64,000 nucleotides of DNA from an uncultured Acidobacteriota bacterium (GTDB lineage: Bacteria > Acidobacteriota > UBA6911), in contig CAWEJX010000014.1 in NCBI GenBank assembly GCA_963809485.1, positions 1-64,000 of the forward strand. The letters are read 5' to 3'. Numbering within the stretch: position 1 is the first letter of the stretch; every line of letters starts with the position of its first letter. A model generated the notes under the pieces. The model had not been told where the DNA came from, did not search any database, and saw only the letters and a program-made list of their open reading frames with translations. Made by a program: the position numbers and the translations under genes. Shown piece by piece: positions 1 through 10,168 of this stretch.

Positions 1-114
1 TGCGTATTCGAAGTTTCCCCGATCCGGACTCTTCGGGATCCATGCCTGATGACTATCCATCCTCAAAGCACTACGTCTCGGGTTTATAATTGAATGCTCT
101 GTGTGGAGACAAGC

Positions 115-640
115 ATGAAGATAGCACTCAAAATCGGTTTGACATTGATACCTTTGGAACGCTTCAGTGCTGAATTGGGCAATTGCAGAGACGAATGAAC
201 CAGCCCAGGTTTTTGGGCCTGCGCTTGCTCAAATCGTCGGCAAGATACAAATCCCGATCCTTCTTCCCTCGAAATTGCCTTGGTTGGACAATCCGAAAGC
301 AATTGAATTTGCTTGGGGCGATATCAGGGATCACGGCTACTTCATCTCTCTCTATTATGACAAAGAGACAAGCAATGTGACCTATGCTGCAGGGTTTGGG
401 GCATCCACGAAAATCTACCGGGATCTTGATGAAAAAGGGGTTCGATTGGCAAACGGTGTGGTCGCACATTTCAGCCCTGTCTCATGCGGCGGTTCTTGTG
501 CCCCTGCTAATTTATGGTGGGTACAAAATGGTATCGAGTAGCAGATCCAGATCAAATTAAGCAGCGCCGAAAAGGAAGATGTTCGAAAAAGACTCTTGGT
601 GGAGACCGCAAACTCCTGCGTTAGGGTCCGAATAAAGTGA
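115..640 (+). pseudogene. Disrupted secreted hypothetical protein (frameshift in signal peptide plus in-frame TAG at 539-541)
   Basis: GGAG RBS then ATG at 115 (MKIALKIGLTLI, signal-like), out of frame with ORF 167-541. After TAG the frame continues QIQIKLSSAEKEDVRKRLLVETANSCVRVRIK to TGA at 640. Confidence 0.55.
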
Positions 641-948
641 CCAGACAGCCCTGCCAAACGACGGATTCGATTGTTGAGCAATAACTTCCTCGAACGGGAC
701 TTCAGGCCAAATGAGTCTCGCAGCTGCAGACGATGGGATCAATGGGATTCACATAGTATGGCAGCAGGTTAAGAGGCCGCATGGAGAAATTGCCCGCCCC
801 GTCATCCCTTCGCGGGTGTAGAATCCTGCCAGAGCAGACCATAGCTGTAATTTGGAGAGGCCGGATTTTCAGGTGGACGTATCATAAAGGACGTCAAACT
901 AAAATAGTGACGCGGCCAGCATAAGCGGCCAGCATAAGAGGTGCGAAT

Positions 949-1461
949 ATGATGGAGAGGATCATCCATATCGAGTGGGAAGGACCCTATTCACTCAACC
1001 AGCTTGACACCCTTAAGGACTTGCGTAAGGACCACGGGCTCTATCAGATATATGGGCATCATCCGGTCTACGGCTCCAACGTGCTTCTTTATATCGGCCA
1101 GACGATCGGGCGAACGTTTGGAGAGCGCATCGAGGAACACAACTTCGGCGGGGGCTCGCAAGAGGACCGAGCGCACATCGAAGTCTACGTGGGTCGCCTC
1201 AAGGGTGTTACGACGACGCCGTCATCTGACGACTGGCGTAACGAAATCAACTGGGCAGAGAAGCTTCTACTTTACGTGCATGGCCCGGCATACAACCTGC
1301 AGCACCTGATGGAGCTAAATGAGGCCGATCCCAGAGTGTGTGATGCACGAGTGTTCAACTGGGGGTGCATCCGAGCGCTACGTCCGGAGGTCTCGGGTCG
1401 TCGGTGGACAAAAGCTGCCACGGCTGAGGCCAACGCTTACAAGGTTTATGAGATGCTTTGA
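949..1461 (+). CDS. GIY-YIG nuclease superfamily protein
   Basis: GLYQIYG...LLYIGQT...FGERIEEH, later AEKLL..PAYN, matching the GIY-YIG motif order; GAGG RBS upstream. Confidence 0.75.
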   Translation: MMERIIHIEWEGPYSLNQLDTLKDLRKDHGLYQIYGHHPVYGSNVLLYIGQTIGRTFGERIEEHNFGGGSQEDRAHIEVYVGRLKGVTTTPSSDDWRNEINWAEKLLLYVHGPAYNLQHLMELNEADPRVCDARVFNWGCIRALRPEVSGRRWTKAATAEANAYKVYEML

Positions 1462-2551
1462 TTACGGACAGCGCGATATGACCCGATGCGTCACGCTGGG
1501 TTCGCTGGCCACCGACGTCGCTGATCGGCATTCCTTTTTGGGTGTAAGCTCTTGCCAAAGGAGTGCATGGGGTGATTTCCGATACTGGGAATTAGGCTTA
1601 ATCCCCTCTAGAGAAGTACGAACCTGTGGACCTCACAACAGGCCAGACAAGCGGAAGCCATGACCCTGAACTGGATAGGATTCGTGGCTGGTCCTGTCTG
1701 TCCGCGTCAGTTGGACGAGTAACTATCCGGACAAGTGACCGGATCCCAAACTCCCACGAAACGGCCTTATCGGAAGTTACTGTCCCTCCTGCCGAGAGCC
1801 GGTTCATAGCGAACTGCCCAACCTATGAAAGCACAAATCGGAAATTGACCAATGAATAATGTCGCCGGTCCGCTTTAGCATTCTGTTTTCCCCTGGACAA
1901 AAAAGACAAAACGGAAAATTGTTCAGTAGGTTTTTGGCACTTTTGACCCTCTTCTCTAATGAGGGGGAAATAGTTCTCGGATCTGCGCGTGATCATCCTC
2001 CTTGCGCCTCTTACCTGCTTTCCCGGAATCTGCAAGGAGAGCTTCGATGCCCGCATTGATCTGGGTAGCAACGAGGGGAGTGATGGAAATTCTCGGATTG
2101 GTCCTTTCCAATCCGAGACGCAATACCTCGAACGAATCCTTCGAGCTCTTGCGAAGAGGAAATATAGTGGAAACTCGTTTCCGCTTCATTCCCTCTCCAT
2201 TTCCACCTTATTTCCAGTCCCGGTCCTTTACACCAACTAAGTGGAAGTAAAGCGGAAATGCATTTCCACCCCTGTTTCCGCCTCAGAAAGGGAAAGTCTC
2301 AATGGAACCAATGATTAACCGGGAAGCCTCTTCGATCGATCTTGAATTTTCCCGAACAGGAAATGGCAGCCTTCCGGTGCCGTAGGAATCCCGTGTCTTA
2401 CGCGCGGATCAGGAAGTCCCTGCGGCAAAACCACGGTCTCATCATCCGGCCGCTGGCCATCTTTGCGCTCGCGGAGGTGAGATCCCGCGGTCGCGAAGTC
2501 TTCGGCTGTAGCTTTACTGTCGATACGGAGATGCTGGATCGAACCTTCAAC

Positions 2552-3520
2552 CTACTGAGGTTGATCCAAGCGATGCCTGCGGACATTATCCAGCTTCCAT
2601 AAGATTGCAGGGTGCTTACCAAGCAGGGCGATTTCTCTCTCATTATTGTGAAATAAGAGATCGAGCCTTAATTCTCCGCGCTGGATAGCATCAATATATT
2701 CTTTTTCATGGGATTTAAGGGCCATAAGGGATTTCACTTGGGCCCAGGATTTTTCGATAAGCTCCTCGGCTTGAATAGCTGTTTGCCCAGGCAATACGGG
2801 CGCCAGTTGCTCTGTTACAAATTGATTACTGAGGAGACCCTGAAGCCGGACATATGTGTAGGTGTAAAGAGGTTGCTCGAACGCAGCAGAGAGAGCAATA
2901 AATCGGGCCCGAAATTCAGGGCTTTTAAGTATTGCTGCTGACGGCTCCGATAAATGAAGGATGTCCCAAGCATCTCGCGGCGCGGCCCGTTCAAAAAAAG
3001 CGTTTAGTTTCCCGAGCACAAGTTCAGACAGGCTAACGACATTCACTATTGGCCGAGCTAAACCGCCGGGCTGCCAAAGGGATCTCCTTTCAATCTCATC
3101 GATCGGAACCCTGTGAAGGAAATGGATATCAACCTCAATTCTATCGCTTGGTCCCATCATGGATTGATATCGCAGATAGGTTTTCCGCCCTGCAAAGGCG
3201 TCCGCTGATTTTTGAAGTTGATACCCTTGATGCGCAGCGATATCCGCCAGGGCTTTTTCTACAACCGGTCGATCCTCCAACATCTTCTCCCGTTCGAGAT
3301 GAGCGATGTAGTCATAATCGAGGTCGACCGAAAGACGCCTTGGGGCATCAGAGCACAAATTAAGCGCGGTGCCGCCCTTTAAAGCCAGGGCCTGTCCAAG
3401 AAATGGATGTTTGGAAATTTCATCCGCAAATTTTCCCAATCGTATGACTTTTTCCAGTATGTCAGGACGATAGCCTGTTTCGATGGAGCACCGCTTCAGA
3501 AACTCTATGTTAGGGCTCAT
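2552..3520 (-). CDS. AbiEii/AbiGii-family nucleotidyltransferase toxin (type IV TA)
   Basis: LALKGGTALNL, RLSVDLDYD, KLNAFFER..PRDAWD motifs; overlaps the upstream antitoxin by 11 nt. Confidence 0.9.
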   Translation of the reverse strand: MSPNIEFLKRCSIETGYRPDILEKVIRLGKFADEISKHPFLGQALALKGGTALNLCSDAPRRLSVDLDYDYIAHLEREKMLEDRPVVEKALADIAAHQGYQLQKSADAFAGRKTYLRYQSMMGPSDRIEVDIHFLHRVPIDEIERRSLWQPGGLARPIVNVVSLSELVLGKLNAFFERAAPRDAWDILHLSEPSAAILKSPEFRARFIALSAAFEQPLYTYTYVRLQGLLSNQFVTEQLAPVLPGQTAIQAEELIEKSWAQVKSLMALKSHEKEYIDAIQRGELRLDLLFHNNEREIALLGKHPAILWKLDNVRRHRLDQPQ

Positions 3521-4298
3521 CCAGGCCTCCCATCCTTACCACAAAACGCGGCAGGATCAAATTCCACCGGGGAAATAGTTTTCCGAATCCGCTGCGTCGC
3601 TCCAGATACTGCGGCGAGCCGGGACGGTGTTTCTCCAGGCGCTCAAGAAAATTCGACGGTACATTCCAAGCCTCCTGGCATCGTTCCAGATACCAGCCGA
3701 CAGCAGCGTAGAGATGTTTTGTGTTATGGAGATTGAGAATCTCCTCTATCAAATCCAGTTTGGGAGCGGGCAGCCCACCCGCGGAGTTTAAAAATTCCTC
3801 TATCCCTCCTACACGCCCCGGGCGAAGCAGACATTCAACAAGTGTTCGTTCCGGTCCCGTCGTTTCGAGCAGCTTCCCGTCATATTCAACCGCCTCAGTT
3901 CCCAGATGGCGATCCGGAAGGGGGCTTGGATCGCTGAGGAATTCTATTTTGTCGTAATCGAGACGGAGTTGCCGCCGGCGGCGCACAGTATAAAGAGTGC
4001 ATACATGCCAGATTGAGTGCGCACAGCCAAGCAACTCTAAAGCGCTGTGGTAGGAAAATATGGCATCAGATCTGGCGGCAAGCGCCACATGAAAGCAATT
4101 CGGGCTTATACGATTTGGCGGCGAACCCTTTGTAACTACATACACGCCTTTTGAAACCGAACGAAGCCGGCCAGTTTCGACATAATGCCTTAGTCGTTCT
4201 ACGGCGCCGGATCGGCCACCGCGAGGAGCGAGCTCGCGCACAACATCGTCGAGAGTAAAAACCGGATTTAGGGACAAAAACTCGGCTGTCTTCAGCAT
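3510..4298 (-). CDS. AbiEi-family antitoxin / transcriptional regulator (type IV TA)
   Basis: N-terminal wHTH (VFTLDD...GRLRSVSKGVY), SYHSALELLG, TGPERTLVECL; directly upstream of AbiEii. Confidence 0.88.
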   Translation of the reverse strand: MLKTAEFLSLNPVFTLDDVVRELAPRGGRSGAVERLRHYVETGRLRSVSKGVYVVTKGSPPNRISPNCFHVALAARSDAIFSYHSALELLGCAHSIWHVCTLYTVRRRRQLRLDYDKIEFLSDPSPLPDRHLGTEAVEYDGKLLETTGPERTLVECLLRPGRVGGIEEFLNSAGGLPAPKLDLIEEILNLHNTKHLYAAVGWYLERCQEAWNVPSNFLERLEKHRPGSPQYLERRSGFGKLFPRWNLILPRFVVRMGGLDEP

Positions 4299-4632
4299 AC
4301 TCTATCCGTGCACCATTCATGCGTATATTATCCCATATTCGCACATAATTTATAAAACCGAAACTGGCGTGAGAATCAACATTATTATACATTATGCGCA
4401 CATTGCTTAAACTATAGCTGCGGTGCGATCCATGCTTCCCGAGGTCCCTTACAGGACAGGAACGGATACGAGGCAAGCAGGTATCCTGCGCGAATGAACA
4501 GGCCGGCTATGTCTACCCAGGGCTAATGGGTGGTTCAAATGATTTTTTATCCCGGGGGTGGTAGTCGCCTTTTCTGGGTCCCACTGTAGGCAGAAAGCCG
4601 GCTCGGGGAAGCTGGGCTACCGCCCAAATTAT

Positions 4633-4761
4633 CCGCTACACCGCTACAGGCCTCACCAGATGCAGGCGTGATGTTTTTAACAAGTGCTACAAAAGAATTT
4701 TTGTAGCTGATCCCTTTTTGCCCCAAAGCCCCGCCAATCGGCCCTTGTAACGTTGTAGCGG
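4633..4761. repeat. Symmetric convergent GCTACA/TGTAGC iteron-like array
   Basis: CCGCTACA x2 (4633-4648), GCTACAAAA-GAAT-TTTTGTAGC hairpin (4686-4707), TGTAACGT TGTAGCGG (4746-4761); all centred near 4697. Confidence 0.7.
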
Positions 4762-5096
4762 CTGTTTTGGGGTAAGGGGTGCCGCCCCAGGTCACTACCT
4801 AAGGGTTCGCTCCAAAATGCGAAACTATTTTTGCGCGAGCCCTAAGCCTTTGAACCGAAGGCTGCGATAGCAAGGTTCAAAACCATGCAATGGAGAACGG
4901 AACGGGTGGAAGCGCTAACTGGAGTTGGAGGGGGCCATTTTTTTGCACCCGATGCATCAAATGGAGGATTCAATGAGTGCCGAGCGGTTCCTGTGTGTTC
5001 ACCAGCATTCACGAAAAAATGTGGTATTGTCTGTGGTATGTCTGCTTTGCTTATCTTGTAAGTTATAAAAAAAAGGGAAGATATCGTTGGATTTTC

Positions 5097-5171
<75 letters not shown>

Positions 5172-5317
5172 GCAATGGCGCCGCAATAAGCTAGCAATAT
5201 AGCGCGCCGTTGTCAATGCATTGCCTGAGGTCGGGCCGAATTTATTTGATCTGGATTGCCATAAGGGCGCAGCCAATCCGCCGCCCTTGAACCAATCGCA
5301 TAAAACAACAAATCCTG

Positions 5318-6343
5318 TCACGCCCAGTTGAGAACCACCTTGCCTGATTGTCCGGTTTTCATCACCTCGAATCCCTTTTCGAACTCTGTATAATGGAAGC
5401 GGTGCGTAATAACAGGCTTAATGTCGAGGCCGCTTTCGAGCATTACCGTCATCTTGTACCAGGTTTCATACATCTCGCGCCCATAGATACCCTTGATGGT
5501 CAGCATGTTGAAAATGACCGTGTTCCAATTAATCTCCAAGGTTCCCGATGGAATCCCCAGCATGGCGATTTTGCCGCCATGACACATGTTTTCGATCATC
5601 TCGTAGAAAGCGGCGGAACTGCCCGACATTTCAAGTCCCACATCGAAGCCTTCTTTCATGCCCAGCTTTCTCTGCACGTCGGCAATTTTGCCGTCCCGGA
5701 CATTGTGCGCGAGCGTGACCCCGATTTTGCGGGCCAATTCCAGACGATAGTCGTTCAAATCCGTAATGACCACGTAGCGCGCTCCCGCATGTTTGACCAC
5801 CGCAGCCGCCATGATCCCGATCGGGCCGGCTCCGGTGATCAGCACGTCTTCGCCCAGCACGTTGAACGATAATGCCGTGTGGACCGCATTCCCGAAAGGA
5901 TCAAAGATGGACGCCACGTCGCGGTCGATGTCCTCCTTGTGGTGCCAGACGTTTGTGACCGGCACTGATATGTATTCGGCAAAGGCTCCGGGACGATTCA
6001 CCCCGATGCCCCGGGTGTCTCTGCACAAATGGCGGCGGCCGGCAAGACAATTGCGGCAGCGGCCGCAGACTACATGCCCTTCGGCGCTGACGATGTTGCC
6101 CGGGCGAAAATCGGCGACATTGGATCCCGCTTCCAGGATCTCGCCGACAAACTCATGTCCTACGACCAGCGGGATCGGGATCGTCTGCTGCGCCCATGCA
6201 TTCCATTCATAAACGTGAAAATCCGTTCCACAGATCCCTGTGCGGTCCACCCGGATTAAAACATCGTTGATGCCGATTTTGGGCTCGGGCACGTCCTGCA
6301 GCCACAGGCCGGGCTTCGATTCCTTTTTAACCAGTGCCTTCAT
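5318..6343 (-). CDS. tdh: L-threonine 3-dehydrogenase
   Basis: GICGTD, GHE, CGRCRNC Zn motifs, [24 protein letters not shown]. Confidence 0.97.
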   Translation of the reverse strand: MKALVKKESKPGLWLQDVPEPKIGINDVLIRVDRTGICGTDFHVYEWNAWAQQTIPIPLVVGHEFVGEILEAGSNVADFRPGNIVSAEGHVVCGRCRNCLAGRRHLCRDTRGIGVNRPGAFAEYISVPVTNVWHHKEDIDRDVASIFDPFGNAVHTALSFNVLGEDVLITGAGPIGIMAAAVVKHAGARYVVITDLNDYRLELARKIGVTLAHNVRDGKIADVQRKLGMKEGFDVGLEMSGSSAAFYEMIENMCHGGKIAMLGIPSGTLEINWNTVIFNMLTIKGIYGREMYETWYKMTVMLESGLDIKPVITHRFHYTEFEKGFEVMKTGQSGKVVLNWA

Positions 6344-6596
6344 GATCTGCTCCTATCTCTCAAGTACCATTTCCTGCAGGGCTTCCGCTGCCGCGTCCCA
6401 TCCCAGGCTTCCGGCCCGCTCGTTCCCAACCTGGATGCTTTCGCGGCGCAGCACGGGATAGTACAATATCACACCCGAAGCCGGGGACTTAACCGGCATT
6501 TCCTGCCTGCTGCCGCGAAAACTCCGGGAGACATCCGGAGCAGGAAATCCAGGTTTGGGCTTTTCAAAATTTGTCCACTCTAATAAAATGGTGTCT

Positions 6597-6665
6597 GCCG
6601 CCTGGATCCGCGCAGGACCGGGACGGCGTTGCCTGTTTGATTCCTTATATGGTCCAAGACAGGCA
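6597..6665 (+). promoter_or_regulatory. pan RNA motif-like tandem hairpins in the panB leader
   Basis: GCCGCCTGGATCC-GCGCA-GGACCGGGACGGC stem with one bulged A on each strand; second hairpin TGCCTGT...ACAGGCA; ends about 25 nt upstream of the panB ATG. Confidence 0.75.
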
Positions 6666-6690
6666 TCTTACTCGAACGGAGAAGATAGCC

Positions 6691-7614
6691 ATGCCTAACT
6701 CGTCCGCTTCACCCCCATTCCGGGGCAAAGTCAGCGTCCATTCCCTGCAATCCAAGAAAAAACGTGGCGAGCCCATCACCTTCCTGACGGCCTATGATTT
6801 CCCGACCGCGGTTGCCCTGGATCGATCCGGAATCGACGGCATACTGGTTGGAGACTCGCTCGGCATGGTGGTGTTGGGATATGAAAATACTATCCCGGTT
6901 ACCATGCAGGATATGATTCACCACTGCCGCGCCGTAGCCCGCGGCGCCTCCCGTGCCCACCTGGTCAGCGACATGCCTTTCATGTCCTATCATATTTCAA
7001 TCTCCGATGCGCTGCGCAACGCGGGAAACCTAATGCAGAAGGGGGGCGTGGATGCCGTCAAACTGGAAGGCGGCCGGGAAAGAGTGCCTGTCGTCAAGAA
7101 TATCATTTCCGCGGGCATACCGGTGATGGGCCACTTGGGCCTCACGCCCCAAAGCGTGCACAAGCTGGGCGGATGGAAAGTCCAGGCGACTTCCAAGGAA
7201 AGCGCTCGAGTGCTGATTGAGGATGCGCTGATCCTGGAGGACGCGGGATGCTATGCCATCGTCCTGGAATCCGTTCCTGCCGAGGTGGCCGGGCTGATAT
7301 CCAAACGGCTTTCCATCCCGGTTATCGGCATCGGCGCCGGAATCGGGTGCGACGGTCAGGTCCTGGTCACGCACGATGTCCTTGGGTTGTTCGACCGCTT
7401 CACGCCAAGCTTCGTAAAAAAATATGCCGATCTCTTCTCTGAAATGGAGAGGGCTTTCCGGAGCTACATTGCCGATGTAAAGGAACGCCGATTTCCGGCG
7501 CCGGAGCATGCCAGTTCCATGGACTCGCAAACTCTTCGCGACCTCATCCAGGAACTTGAAATGCTGGAGCGCGGTATCGATTCCGGAGATAACATCGAAA
7601 CAAGGTATCATTAG
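6691..7614 (+). CDS. panB: 3-methyl-2-oxobutanoate hydroxymethyltransferase
   Basis: TAYD, LVGDSLGM, DMPFMSY, VKLEGG, PVMGHLGLTPQ; start taken at the ATG after GGAGAAG. Confidence 0.97.
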   Translation: MPNSSASPPFRGKVSVHSLQSKKKRGEPITFLTAYDFPTAVALDRSGIDGILVGDSLGMVVLGYENTIPVTMQDMIHHCRAVARGASRAHLVSDMPFMSYHISISDALRNAGNLMQKGGVDAVKLEGGRERVPVVKNIISAGIPVMGHLGLTPQSVHKLGGWKVQATSKESARVLIEDALILEDAGCYAIVLESVPAEVAGLISKRLSIPVIGIGAGIGCDGQVLVTHDVLGLFDRFTPSFVKKYADLFSEMERAFRSYIADVKERRFPAPEHASSMDSQTLRDLIQELEMLERGIDSGDNIETRYH

Positions 7615-7631
7615 GCGCCGGCGGAGGCGAA

Positions 7632-8534
7632 ATGAAAGTCGTACTCTTCGGCGCCGGCGCCATGTCCTGCCTTTTTGCTTCCCGTCTAGCCGGGGTAGCC
7701 GATGTTGTGCTCGTCGACGGATGGGTGGAAGGGATAGAGGCAATCAGGGAGAAGGGAATCCTGCTTGAGGATGGGGCCGGGTCCCGAACGATCCATGTTC
7801 GCGCGGATTATCCCGGCGAGCACATCGTGCCGGCAGAACTTGCGATCGTCCTCGTCAAAGCCTGGCAAACCCGTGAGGTTGCTGACTGGCTTGCGAGCTA
7901 CCTGAGCCCCGGCGGTTTGGCCATATCCCTTCAGAATGGGCTGGGAAACGTCGAGGCGCTCGGAGCGAGAGCCTTTCCCGGAACCACGGCCGAGGGCGCG
8001 ACGCTGCTCGGTCCGGGCCATGTGCGCACCGGCGGCTCGGGCCCGACCCATGTGGTTGCGCCCGGCTGGGCTGTGGACCTGCTCCGCAGTGCGGGCTTCG
8101 AATGCGATGCGTGCAGCCCCGAGGAGGCTGAAGGCCTTTTGTGGGGCAAACTGGCCGTCAGCTGCGGGATCAATGCGCTCACGGCAATTCTGCGGGTCCC
8201 TAACGGCGAACTTCTTAAGAGGCCGGACGCCGCCGAGTTGATGATTCTGGCGGCGGAAGAATGCGCCGCAGCAGCCCGGGCGAAAGGGATCGTGTTGCCG
8301 TTCCTGAACACGGCGGAGCGCGTCAAAGAGGTTGCCCAGCGTACTGCCGGCAATCGATCGTCCATGCTCCAGGATGTGTTGCGGGGAGCGCCGACGGAAT
8401 GCGACGCGATCAACGGTGCCGTTGTGGAGGAGGCCATGCGTCAGGCGACCCCGGTTCCGGTCAACTCTGTACTCTGGAAGCTCGTAAAGGCTGCAGTTCA
8501 TTCCGACAGGAGCGAAGCACGATCATGCGCATAA
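7632..8534 (+). CDS. panE: 2-dehydropantoate 2-reductase
   Basis: GAGAM, LVKAWQ, LQNGLG, WGKL..INALTA, SSMLQD...TECDAING. Confidence 0.95.
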   Translation: MKVVLFGAGAMSCLFASRLAGVADVVLVDGWVEGIEAIREKGILLEDGAGSRTIHVRADYPGEHIVPAELAIVLVKAWQTREVADWLASYLSPGGLAISLQNGLGNVEALGARAFPGTTAEGATLLGPGHVRTGGSGPTHVVAPGWAVDLLRSAGFECDACSPEEAEGLLWGKLAVSCGINALTAILRVPNGELLKRPDAAELMILAAEECAAAARAKGIVLPFLNTAERVKEVAQRTAGNRSSMLQDVLRGAPTECDAINGAVVEEAMRQATPVPVNSVLWKLVKAAVHSDRSEARSCA

Positions 8535-9355
8535 CAGACAGCCTATCGGATCTCAGGCAAATCCGGAAATCCATGGAGGGGGCGTTCGGCCTTGTTCCGA
8601 CGATGGGCGCATTGCATGCCGGCCATGTCTCCCTCGTCAGGCGGGCGAGGAACGAATGCAGCCATGTGGGAGTAAGCATCTTCGTCAACCCGGCGCAATT
8701 TGGCCCCACGGAGGATTTCGCCCGATACCCCCGCAATCTCGATGCAGACCTGGAACTGCTGGAAAAATCGGGCGTGGATGTTGTATGGACCCCGGCCGCG
8801 GAATCGGTGTATCCGGCGGGATACCAGACCTGGATCACGGTAGGGGAAGTATCCGAGCCGCTGGAAGGCAAATGCCGTCCCGGTCATTTCCGCGGTGTAA
8901 CCACGGTCGTGGCAAAACTCTTCAATAGTTTCAGACCGGACAAGGCCTATTTCGGTCAGAAGGATGCACAGCAGGTCGCCGTGCTCAAACGCATGGTACT
9001 GGATCTTGACTTTCCGGTGGAGCTTGTTGTGTGCCCGACCGTGCGCGAGCGGGATGGGCTGGCGCTGAGCAGCCGGAATGCGTATTTAAGCCCTTCGGAA
9101 AGAAAGGCGGCCGTGGTTCTGTATAAAGCCCTGTCGGCTGCGAAAGAGAAGTACGACGACGGAGAACGCGATGCGGAAGTCCTGCGGGCATCCATGCGTT
9201 CTGTAATCGGTTCGGAGCCGCTGGCCGATCTTTCCTATGTTTCTGCCGCGGATCCCTCAACCCTGCAAGAACTCGATTCGATCAAGGATGGGGTTCTGCT
9301 CTCGCTGGCCGCGAAGATCGGCAAAACGCGCCTTATCGACAATTTCCTTCTTTGA
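8525..9355 (+). CDS. panC: Pantoate--beta-alanine ligase
   Basis: VPTMGALHAGH, SIFVNPAQF, RPGHFRGV, FGQKDAQQ, GLALSSRN, RLIDN. Confidence 0.97.
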   Translation: MRITDSLSDLRQIRKSMEGAFGLVPTMGALHAGHVSLVRRARNECSHVGVSIFVNPAQFGPTEDFARYPRNLDADLELLEKSGVDVVWTPAAESVYPAGYQTWITVGEVSEPLEGKCRPGHFRGVTTVVAKLFNSFRPDKAYFGQKDAQQVAVLKRMVLDLDFPVELVVCPTVRERDGLALSSRNAYLSPSERKAAVVLYKALSAAKEKYDDGERDAEVLRASMRSVIGSEPLADLSYVSAADPSTLQELDSIKDGVLLSLAAKIGKTRLIDNFLL

Positions 9356-9367
9356 GGGAGGCACTCC

Positions 9368-10144
9368 ATGCTGCTTGCCGCGGACATAGGAAACACAAGC
9401 ATTACGTTAGGACTGTATAAAACCGAAAAGCTGGGCCCGCGCTGGAGGCTCGCATCGGATAATGAACGGACATCGGATGAATATGGAATACTCCTGATTC
9501 AGCTTCTCGAAGGCGCCGGAGTCCGTTCCGGAGAGATCCAGGGAATTGCCGTGGTTTCCTCCGTCCCTCCGCTGACCGGGACCTTCGAGCAGGCCTGCAA
9601 AAACTATCTCAATGTCGCTCCCCTGATCGTGGATGCGGGGACCCGGACCGGGATAGCGCTGCGCTACGAAGATCCCAAGCAGGTTGGAGCCGACCGGGTG
9701 GTCCAGGCTGCGGCCGTGCGCCGTATTTATAAGGGGCCGGCTTGCATCGTGGATTTTGGGACCGCCACCATATTCGATGCCATTTCCGCGGATGGCGAGT
9801 ACCTGGGAGGCGCCATCGCACCGGGCATAGGCATCGGCTCGGATGCTTTGTTCAAGCGTGCAGCCAAGCTCCCTCGAGTCGAAATTACCCGCCCTCCTTC
9901 CGCCATCGGCCGGAACACCGTGCATTCGCTGCAGTCGGGCCTTCTCTACGGTTATGTCGGGCTGGTGGATGGGATGGTGGCGCGCTTCAGGGCAGAACTC
10001 GGCCCGGAGATGAAAACCGTCGGGACAGGCGCGCTCGTGGAGCTTATCGCGAAGGAAACCCGAAGCATTGACATCATCGAACCGTGGCTGGCGCTGCTGG
10101 GGCTTAAGATCATTTATGACCTGAACTGCGGAGCCAAATCCTAA
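9368..10144 (+). CDS. coaX: Type III pantothenate kinase
   Basis: DIGNT, SSVPP, GADR, VDFGTAT, GGAIAPG. Confidence 0.96.
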   Translation: MLLAADIGNTSITLGLYKTEKLGPRWRLASDNERTSDEYGILLIQLLEGAGVRSGEIQGIAVVSSVPPLTGTFEQACKNYLNVAPLIVDAGTRTGIALRYEDPKQVGADRVVQAAAVRRIYKGPACIVDFGTATIFDAISADGEYLGGAIAPGIGIGSDALFKRAAKLPRVEITRPPSAIGRNTVHSLQSGLLYGYVGLVDGMVARFRAELGPEMKTVGTGALVELIAKETRSIDIIEPWLALLGLKIIYDLNCGAKS

Positions 10145-10168
10145 GCCCCGTTTTCCACGCGGGAAAGA

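Larger units (their letters stand above)
1..5096. mobile_element. Right part of a degraded genomic island at the tRNA-Asn 3' end
   Basis: Defence/TA genes, a pseudogene, low gene density and a visibly more AT-rich composition abut the tRNA CCA end. No integrase is visible in the window. Confidence 0.65.

Noticed and set aside
539-541. Pyrrolysine or stop-codon recoding at the in-frame TAG
   Set aside because: Other genes here end normally in TAG, the same gene also has a frameshift, and no pyl genes are seen.
4320-4410. AbiEi operator inverted repeat
   Set aside because: Only a partial match (CGCACATAAT / ATTATGCGCA), too weak to call.
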